Assembly: GCA_016699245.1 (NCBI GenBank)
Contig: CP064968.1
Location: forward strand, 15,654-79,653
DNA length: 64,000 nucleotides
Direction of reading: 5' to 3'
Origin: Candidatus Kaiserbacteria bacterium
GTDB lineage: Bacteria; Patescibacteriota; Minisyncoccia; Phycocordibacterales; UBA918
The notes under the pieces: generated by a model
Seen by the model: the letters and a program-made list of their open reading frames with translations, nothing else
Database searches by the model: none
Told to the model about the DNA's origin: nothing
Shown: positions 29,001 to 38,600 of the stretch, one piece after another
Layout of the letters: each line of letters begins with the position of its first letter
How positions within the stretch are numbered: position 1 is the first letter of the stretch
Made by a program: the position numbers and the translations under genes

Positions 29001-29650
29001 TCCGCATCCGCATCGCCTCTACCTCCCTCACCATGAAGTGGGACACCACCGACACCACCGCCACCTTTGGCGGTACCGCCTCGGGCAAAGTATCAAACCC
29101 CGTCTCCTACGAAAACAATGGCACGACACTCGTAATACCTGTAGACACCAACTTTAGTGCAGGAGAGACACTCACGGTGAGTGGACTCTCCTTCACCCAG
29201 TTCCTCGGCACCAGTACCGCAACCACGGGGCTCAACATGTACCTCGCGGGAGGAAGTGACGCCGTGAGTGATGGTGCTGATGATAAGACGATAGTTATCT
29301 ATTCCGCCTTGCCCACCCTCACCACTCCCACCGCCACCGCCATTAGTTCCACTACCGCAACCCTCGGTGGCACCATCGTAAGTAACGGTGGGGGACTGAC
29401 CGCCCGTGGTACCTGCTGGGGCACGACCCCATCCCCGTCACCAACTGTGTTGCAGAAGGCGGTACAGGAACGGGTGTCTTCACGCAGGCACGCACCGGCC
29501 TTTCGCAGGCCACCTTCATCTACGCCCGTGCCTATGCCACAAACGCTACCGGCACCGCATACTCAAGTGACACCCTCTTCCTCACCGAAGGCACCTTCGT
29601 ACCGGGTACGGAGAATGTCACCGCAGTGGGAACGAGTACTGCAACGATAG
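26015..29650 (+). CDS. Giant secreted repeat protein, 5' segment (about 1140 aa in frame before a 1-nt homopolymer deletion)
   Basis: N-terminal signal/TM (KKVSLIVAFGLFLIVVCFPSAKAEAA). Contains FN3-like modules (TCWGT.PSPVTNC...GTGTG.FT.ARTGL...IYARAYATNA.GTAYS) and ~45-aa YRCLLSTGCD...GDFT repeats. An 874-bp segment (26891-27764) is duplicated perfectly at 28892-29763 except for C5->C4 at 29432-29436 and G6->G5 at 29650-29654. The ORF ends at a TAG created by the frameshift. Confidence 0.75.
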   Translation: MYSYMQQSDATVSTSRDQFFLERIGFFFTQCFLHARGVHHKKVSLIVAFGLFLIVVCFPSAKAEAAIQFVGSTTASGDNAAYNLSLTGLTGGISSTAAQDDFVVVVNTYVGTADGNPGVGTAGYTEMADLYANNNRDVNFSVNYKFMTATPDTTVSCNGSATAGSASTCLAMVFRGVDLTTPMDVASTTATSNTTEDVDCPAITPVTSGSYVLCTGGGAGANVDAAIPAIAGYAHAYLQFDSTNYTSASVGAYKAWTSGAEDPAAFVMDLGTQANNSMAALTMALREQRTVSLSSASNQVFSYAQATTTISTITITDNVGASVTAANDIRIRIASTSLTMKWDTTDTTATFGGTASGKVSNPVSYENNGTTLVIPVDTNFSAGETLTVSGLSFTQFLGTSTATTGLNMYLAGGSDAVSDGADDKTIVIYSALPTLTTPTATAISSTTATLGGTIVSNGGGLTARGTCWGTTPSPVTNCVAEGGTGTGVFTQARTGLSQATFIYARAYATNATGTAYSSDTLFLTEGTFVPGTENVTAVGTSTATIGGTILGSFSTFTTATDTPEANIKALTVDSVNGVLYAGSDTNGYIYRCLLSTGCDSTGDFTIVYDTASTDMFALTIASSTLYVAAITGAGFGTIHRCLLSTGCDASGDFTEVLSSPVDFFYSFTVDSVNGVLYVGGSYAGTQESIHRCLLSTGCEDWGDFSQAYSTFVSQKIISLTIASSTLYAGTDTEGIIYRCLLSTDCDATVDYTTAFDTTETKILSLAFDSVNGVLHVGTSPNGIFYPCLLTTGCDASGDFNSPANTADDEIYSIIFSSTTRYAATGPRGVIYACFLPTGCDGLGAFTTATDTPATAIYALAIDSANNALYAGSGADGIIYKSEIGPAYPITERGTCWGTSPSPVTNCLATSGTSTGAFTHARTGLPSGTLIYARAYVTYASGTAYSADISTTTLSVPPTTLSSASNQVFSYAQATTTISTITITDNVGASVTAANDIRIRIASTSLTMKWDTTDTTATFGGTASGKVSNPVSYENNGTTLVIPVDTNFSAGETLTVSGLSFTQFLGTSTATTGLNMYLAGGSDAVSDGADDKTIVIYSALPTLTTPTATAISSTTATLGGTIVSNGGGLTARGTCWGTTPSPSPTVLQKAVQERVSSRRHAPAFRRPPSSTPVPMPQTLPAPHTQVTPSSSPKAPSYRVRRMSPQWERVLQR

Positions 29651-29654
29651 GGGG

Positions 29655-32600
29655 ACGATCTTAGGTTCTTTCTCGACTTTTACGACTGCAACAGATACGC
29701 CAGAGGCAAACATAAAAGCCCTCACCGTTGACTCCGTAAATGGTGTTCTCTACGCAGGGTCAGGAGGTAGTGGCATCATCTACCGCTGTCTCCTTTCTAC
29801 AGGGTGTGATTCCACAGGAGACTTCGTTATTGCGTATGACACTACACATTCAAATATCTCCTCTCTTGCCATTGCGAGTAGTACTCTGTTTGTTAACGGC
29901 TTTACAAGCACAGACAATACTGTTGTGTACCGCTGTCTCCTCTCCACGGGGTGTGACGCCTCGGGTGATTTTACGACTGCATGGACACCATCTTCTCCTC
30001 AATCAAGCCGTACATTAGTTGCAGATTCAGTAAACAACATACTCTACATGGGGGGTCAAGATAATTCAGATCAATTTACAATTTATCGATGTGCCCTTTC
30101 TTCGGGATGTGACTTCCAGACTGACTTCACGACTGCATATGCACCTGCCGCACAGATAGACGTCCATTCCCTCACCATTGCCAGTAGCACGCTCTACGCA
30201 GGCTCGGGTAATGGTGGTAATATTTACCGCTGTCTCCTCTCCACGGGGTGTGATGCTGATGTGGATTTTACCCTTGCATACAACACCACAGAATCGCAGA
30301 TTTATTCCCTCACGAGTGACTCAGCTAATGGTGTTCTGTATGTAGGGACGAGCCCGAACGGCATCATCTACCGATGCCTTCTCACGACAGGTTGTGACGC
30401 CTCGGGTGACTTCACGACGGCAACAGACACCCCACAGACAGATATCTACGCTCTCACCATCTCAAGTAGCACCCTCTACGCAGGCACGGGCGCAAACGGT
30501 GTCATATATCAGTGCCTCACCTCCACAGGCTGTGATTCTACAAATGACTTCACCACCGCAACAGACACTCCCGCTACCACTATAAACGCTCTCGTCATCG
30601 ATTTCGCGAATAGTTCTATTTACGCAGGCTCCGGTGCTACGGGTATCATATACAAAACCAGTATAGGTTCCGCATACCCCATCACCGAACGTGGCACCTG
30701 CTGGGGCACGAGTCCCAACCCCGTCACCAACTGCCTTGCCACCTCAGGGACAAGTACTGGTGCCTTCACCCATGCACGCACTGGCCTTCCCCAGGCTACC
30801 CTCATCTACGCTCGAGCGTATGTTACCTACGCATCAGGCACCGCATACTCAGCCGACGTAAGCACTACCACCCTCGGCGTCGCAGCACCCACCCTCTCCT
30901 CAGGAGCCAACCAAGCCTTTTTCTATGGTCAAGCAACCACCACCATAAGTACCATCACCATTACCGACACTCCTGGCGGACTCGTCACCGCAGCAAACGA
31001 CATCCGCATCCGCATCGCCTCTACCTCCCTCACCATGAAGTGGGACACCACCGACACCACCGCCACCTTTGGCGGTACCGCCTCGGCCAAAGTATCAAAC
31101 CCTGTCTCCTACGAAAACAACGGCACCACACTTGTGATTCCTGTTGACACCAACTTTGGAACAGGGGACACCCTCACCATAGACGGACTTTCTTTTTCAC
31201 AGTTCCTTGGGGTGAGTACCGCCACCATCGGGCTCAACATATACCTCGCGGGGGCAAGTGACGCCGTGAGTGATGATGCCGATGATAAGACGATGAGTAT
31301 TAGTTCCACCACCCCTACCGTTACCACCCCCACTACCACTGCTATAGGCCTTAATAGTGCAACTCTCGGCGCTACCATTACGAGTGACGGTGGGGGAACA
31401 CTGAGTGCGCGCGGTACCTGCTGGGGCACCAGCGCATCCCCCGTCACCAACTGTACCGCAGAAGGCGGTACGGGAACGGGTGTCTTTACGCAGGCACGCA
31501 CCGGTATGGCGACGGGTACTCTCTACTACTATCGTGGATATGCGACAAATGCCTCGGGTACGACATATTCGGCAGATGGTACCTTTAGCACCAATGCTGT
31601 TCCCGTACTCACTACTCCCACTGCTACTGCCGTGGGTTCAAGTACCGCTACCCTCGGTGCTACCCTTGTTTCCACAGGTACCAACACTATTAATGCTCGC
31701 GGTACCTGCTGGGACACGAATTCGTCTCCCACCATCAACTGTCTTGCAGAAGGTGGTACGGGAACAGGTGCTTTCACGCAGGCACGTACAGGTCTGACAG
31801 CGGGCACACTGTACTACTATCGTGGGTATACGACATATACTGACGGTGCAAGTGTCACCCGTACCGCATATTCAGCAGATGGCACATTTGTAAGTTCAAC
31901 CACCCCTACACTCACCACCCCCACCGTTACTGCCGTCAGTTTTACAACCGCAACATTCGGCGCCAATATCACGAGTGACGGCGGAGCACCACTGAGTGCC
32001 CGTGGTACCTGCTGGGGCACCAGTGCGTCCCCGGTGACCAACTGTCTTGCAGAAGGCGGTACGGGAACGGGTGTCTTTACGCAGGCACGCACCGGTCTCC
32101 CCCAGGGCACACTCATTTACGCCCGCGCATACGCAACAAACGCATACGGTACTTCATACTCAGCCGATATAAGTACTACCACCAGCATCTCCACGAGTGA
32201 TCTCATCATCTCCGGTACCCTCTATAGCGACGAAGGGGTCACCACGATAAACGGAGGGAAGACCATTGCTCTCGCTATCGGCACCACCACCCCCTCAGTC
32301 CACACCACTACCTCCAATGGTTCTGGCGTATGGACTGCTACCATCCCCACCGGCCACACCATCGGCACCTCTACCCCTATCCTCGCTTGGGTAGATAATG
32401 ACGGCACCACCCGTGCCGCACTCCTCACGAAGGCAACATCCACCTCTAATATCTCTGGCCTTAGTCTCTATAAAGATAGAGTGATTGTGTCGCATGAGGC
32501 AACAAGTGGTACCTCAACGACACTCACTGACATGTCCTTCTATGACAACGACAACGACAGTGACATTCAATACAATGCGACAACAACAAGCGCAGGGCTT

Positions 32601-35600
32601 GTATTAAACGCTGGCAACGAACTCCATATCCAAACAGGGAAGTCCTTCACTCCCCTAGGCGCCGTCACCATACAGGGGAACGCCGGCACCGGCACCGATG
32701 GTTCACTTCACCTTCCTGCAAGTAGCATCTACACCGCAGGAGGCACCACCACCCTTGCCGGCAATTTCACCGCATCATCCTCCGCAACCTTTACCCCTGG
32801 CACCCACACCCTCACCTTTAATGCAACGACCACCGGAAAGAGTATTGATGTACCACTCGCTACCCTTGGTAACACCACCTTCAATGGAGCAGGTGGTGCA
32901 TGGGCGTTTGCATCAGCAGCCACCACCTCAGCCCTTACCATCACCGCCGGCACCCTAACTGCTCCCGCCACCAGTCTTACCATCCTCGGTAACTACCAGA
33001 ACAGTGGCACCTTCACTCACAACAACGCCACGGTCACCATCGCCTCCACCACCGCCGCACAGGGTATCATGGGTACTGCCACCGGTACGTCGGCCTTCAG
33101 TACGCTCCGCATCATCGGTGCTACCACCACTGCTCCAACATCAGGCCTCGTCGGTAAATGGATGTTTGAGGAGGGAAGTGGCACGACGGTGCGGGATGCG
33201 AGTGGGGGTGGGAATACGGGGACGCTCAATGGAACTCCTTCTTGGATTTCTGAGAATAGGGGTAAGGCAATTTCGCTCAATGGAACAACAGATTATGTAG
33301 CTATTCCTAACTTGATACAGACTCATCGTAGTGACATTACTATCGCCACGTGGTTCAAGACGACCACAACGGGTGTAATTGCGGGATATCAAGCTGGTAT
33401 GGTGGGAAGTGGTCCCAGTAGTTATGTTCCCGCTATCTATATCGGTACCGATAATAAAATTTACGCTCAACTATGGGATGGTGCGACACACCCAATCACA
33501 ACTTCCGGAACGTATACCGACGGTGCTTGGCACCATGTTGCGCTCGCAGTCTCAGGCGGTAATAGCCAATCCCTCTACGTTGACGGTTCGTTTGTGGGGA
33601 TTCTCAGTAATGCAATTACTGATTTTGGTGCAACCTATTCGCAGTTTGGTGCTGGGTACACCACAGGGTGGACCAACGCGTCTGGTGGGTTGACTTATTT
33701 TGCTGGTTCTCTTGATGATAATCGAATCTACAACCGCGCGCTCACCGCGAACGAAATCAGCGACCTCTATAACGAACGTCCAAAAGTCTTCTCACAAAAC
33801 GCCTCTACCACCAACCTCATCATTGAATCCGGTGTCGTGTCCGCACCACCATCTCTGAGTATCGCCGGCGACTACCAGAACGCAGGCGCCTTCCTCGCGA
33901 ACGCCGGCACCACCACCTTCAACGGCACCACCACCTTTAGTGGCGTGAGCGCCCAGACCCTCGGTGGCACCATGACGGGCGCAAGCGCCTTTGGAAACGT
34001 GGAGTTTACCGGCGGAGGACTCAAGTCTTTTGCGACGACGACTACGAATGCAAGTACATCTAATTTTATGGTGGATGCCGGCGCGACGGTCGTCGCGCCG
34101 GAAAACCTCTCCGTCTCTGGTCAATACACCAACAACGGCACGTCCTCAAACCCAGGAGGGAAGGTGTGGACCAGCCGCACCGCCGCCGCCTACAACATCT
34201 GGCAATCCGTCACCTACGGCAATGGTCTCTTTGTGGCGGTGTCTGGTACTGGCGCTGGCACAATCAACGACCGCGTCATGACTTCCCCTGACGGAATCAC
34301 CTGGACCCCCCGCACCGCCGCTACCAATAACTACTGGTACTCCGTCACCTACGGCAACGGCCTCTTTGTGGCAGTGGCTGGTTCCGGCACCATAAGCGAC
34401 AAAGTCATGACTTCCCCTGACGGCATCACCTGGACCCCTCGCACCGCCGCCGCTGACAACACCTGGCGCTCCGTCACCTACGGCAATGGGGTCTTCGTGG
34501 CGGTGTCTGGTACTGGTGCCGGCACCATCAACGACCGCGTCATGACTTCCCCTGACGGCATCACCTGGACCCCTCGCACCGCCGCCGCCAACAACTCTTG
34601 GTGGTCCGTCACCTACGGCAATGGCCTCTTTGTGGCGGTGGCTGAGACTGGCACCATCAACGACCGCGTCATGACCTCCCCCGACGGCATCAACTGGACT
34701 GCCCAGACCGCCGCTGCCAACAACAACTGGGTCTCCGTCACCTACGGCAATGGCCTCTTTGTGGCAGTGGCTTTTTCTGGCACCATCAATGACCGCGTCA
34801 TGACCAGCCCCGACGGCATCACCTGGACCCCCCGCACCGTTGTCGCCAACAACACCTGGGTCTCCGTCACCTACGGCAATGGCCTCTTTGTGGCGGTGTC
34901 TGGTACTGGAGCTGGTACCGTGAACAACCGCGTCATGACCTCCCCCGACGGCATCAACTGGACCGCCCAGACCGCCGCCGCCAATAACGAATGGGTCTCC
35001 GTCACCTACGGCAATGGCCTCTTTGTGGCGGTGGCGTACTCTGGTTTCAATCGCGTCATGACAAGCGCGGTCGGTACCACCACCTTTAGTGGCGTGAGCG
35101 CCCAAACCCTCAATGGCACCATGACCGGCGCGAGCGCCTTCGGCAACGTCGCCTTTACCAACACCAGCGCTACCACCACCTTTGCAAGTAACGCGAGCAC
35201 CTCTAATTTCACCACTGCATCAAACACAATCGTCGTTGCTCCATCCAGCCTTTCTCTTTCCGGAGACTACACAAACAACGGCCGTTTCGTCGCCGGCACC
35301 GGCACCACCACCTTTAATGGCAATACGACACAGACCGCCACCGGCACCATGACGGGTACGAGTGCGTTTAGCAACCTCACTATTACGAACAGTGTCGCCT
35401 CCACCACCTTTGTTACTCCACTGACGGTAAGTGGCAAATTCACTGCCACGACCCCCGGCACTATCATCATCCTCAGTTCACAGGGCACCACCACCTTCGC
35501 TACTGCAGGAATCATTGGTAGCAGTACAGAGAGCATCACTCTCCGCGCCACCACCCCTGGCACGCAAGCACCCCTTGATATAGAGGGCACATACACTCTT

Positions 35601-38600
35601 TCGTATATAAACGTCAAAGATTCCAATGCCTGTGATAACGCCATTGCCCTCAGTGGTACCGGTCTCACCGACAGTGGCAATAACACGTGTTGGACTTTTG
35701 CCTCAGGTTCAGTGATTGTACTTTCCGGTATCCTCTATAGCGACGAAGGGACAACACCTATTACCGCGCCAAAGACATTGGGTATCATGGTGGGTACATC
35801 GACACTGAGTCTCCATAGTACGACCTCTGCAGCATCAGGTGCTTGGAGTTTTACCGTACCTGCAGGGCATACCATTGTTCAGGGGACTCCTATTCTCGTC
35901 TGGGTAGACAATGACGGTTCTACGCGGGCGTCGCTCGTCACCAAAGCAGATTCATCATCCGCCGATATATCAGGACTTAATCTGTATCAAAATAGGGTGA
36001 TTGTCTCGCATGAGGGTGCTGAAGCCATCACGCTCTTAGCTATGACTCGGTATAATAATAGTGATGATGCTGATATTCAGTTTGAAGCGGTTGATGCTGA
36101 GGGATATATAGGACAAATCTTTTCAGGGAACAAATTGTATATCAATGCAGGGAAAACATTTTCTCCTGATGGAGAGTTAACCATAGGTGCCAACGCCAGT
36201 TCCTCAAGTGTCGATGGTGCCCTCCACATAGCGAGTGGTGCTACATATAAGCAAATGATGCCAAATAATAATTGGACCTATATCGGAGGTTCACTCACTG
36301 CATCATCTACGGCAACTATCATAAATAATGGTACATTTCAATTCACTGCGTCTACCACGGGGAAGAGTATTAACGCCACTCAGCCACTTGGTAAGGTCAC
36401 TTTCGCAAACACCGCGAGCATGTCCTTTGCCACGAGTGCCACGACAACCAACCTCACTATCAACGCAGGTGCGTCGGTTGTTGCACCCGCTAGCACGCTC
36501 ACGATTCTTGGTGACTATACCAACAACGGCACCTTTACCCACAATGGGGGTACGATACTCTTCGCAAGCACCACACAGGCACAGTTTTTGCGTGGTACGC
36601 TCTCGGGTACCTCTGCCTTTGGTACACTTAGTTCTGTGGGTAATACGACCACCTCTCCATCTGGACTCATAGGGAAGTGGAACCTCGATGAAGGATCGGG
36701 GACAGAAGCATACGATTCATCGGGAAATGGTAATACCGGTACGCTCACCAATGGTCCAACCTGGAAAGCAGGTAAAGTCGGCCAGGCCGTTGATCTTGGT
36801 GGAGATGATGATTATATCAATGTGGGGTCTCCAGCGTCGCTCGATGATGTCACCCAAAAAACCATCACCGCATGGATAAATCCGGTTACCCTTGGTGATA
36901 GTGATTATGGGCGAATCGCTGATAAAGATGCAGGCACAGCGACTGGGTGGTTGTTTTATGTGTCGAACGGAGACAATGTGAGTAGTTTGCGCTTTGGACA
37001 TTATTTTGCAGGAGGTCTTGGTTTTTGGAATACTGGAAACAACACTATTACTACCGGAGGGAACACATGGCAACATGTCGCGGTGACCTACGACAACAGT
37101 TCGGCAAGCAATGATCCAGTCTTTTACATAAACGGTGTATTGAGTCCTCTTGCGTTTGACACTAATAATTCGGGTGCAGCGAATAGTGATGCGGCACACA
37201 ACCTCTGGTTCGGAGACCGTGCGGGGAATGATCGTTCTTTCAATGGAGACATGGACGATATCCGTATGTACAATCGAATTCTTACCGCCGGAGAAATCGC
37301 TACGATATACAATGAACGTCCAAAGTTTATCAATGCGAATGCTTCGACCACCAATCTCTCGATAGACTCGGGCGTGGTAGCCCTGTCATCAACCAGCCTC
37401 TCTATTGCGGGTAACTACACCAACTCGGGCACCCTCGCAGTAACGGGCACCACGACCTTTAACGGCAATACGACACAGACCGCCACCGGCACCATGACCG
37501 GCTCAAGTGCATTTAAGAACGTGGAAATACTCAATACGTCTGCTCCTACTATCTTCGGCGCACCCTTTGCCGTCACCGGCCACTTCAAGGCAACGTCGCC
37601 AAGTATTAGTATGAAGTTTGCAGAAAACGCTACCACATCCCTCAATACCGCTACCCTGTATGGTACCTCAGGCAACAAGGTACAACTTCGCTCAACGACT
37701 GAGGGGACACGTTTTGGTATTGAAATAAGTGGTGCATATGATATTTCGTACGTTGATGTGAAGGATAGTAGTGGCTCCACAACGCTCGGCAATATCACCG
37801 CCACCACATCAGTGGATTCAGGTAATAATAATAGATGGACTTTTATCGCTGATCCCGTACCATCCCTCTCCTCCGCCTCCAACCAGTCCTTCTACTACTC
37901 TGAACCCACCACCACGATAAGTACCCTGACCATCACCGACACCCCCGGCGGACTTGTCACCGCCACAAACGACATCCGCATCCGCATCGCCTCTACCTCT
38001 CTCACCATGAAGTGGGACACCACCGACACCACCGCCACCTTTGGCGGTACCGCCTCGGGCAAAGTATCAAACCCCGTCTCATACGAAAACAACGGCACGA
38101 CACTCGTAATACCTGTTTCGAATGACTTTAGCGCCGCAGACACCCTCACCGTAGACGGGCTTTCTTTCACCCAGTTCCTCGGGGTGAGTACCGCTACCAC
38201 TGGACTCAACATATACCTCGGTGGCGCAAGTGACGCCGTGAGTGACGATGCAGACGATAAGACGATGAGCATCAGTGGACTCGGAACCCTCTTGAATCAC
38301 ACGAGTGGCCAAGTGAGTGACAATATCAATTCCACCACAGAGACAGGCATCCCACTCTTTGCCTTCAATCTCTCTTCAGTGGGTGAAAACAGCACCATTT
38401 CAAACCTCACCCTCCGTATCACGGGAGCCAATGGAGTGAGTACCGGTGACCTCTCAAACTTCGCACTCTACCGTGACAACAACAACAGCAAGACATTCGA
38501 CGCAGGAGATACCGCCGTGGGCGGTTCCCCAAGTGTTACCCTCACGGGTGACAACGGCACCGTGACCTTTAGCACACCATTCAGTGCAACCTCCACCGCA

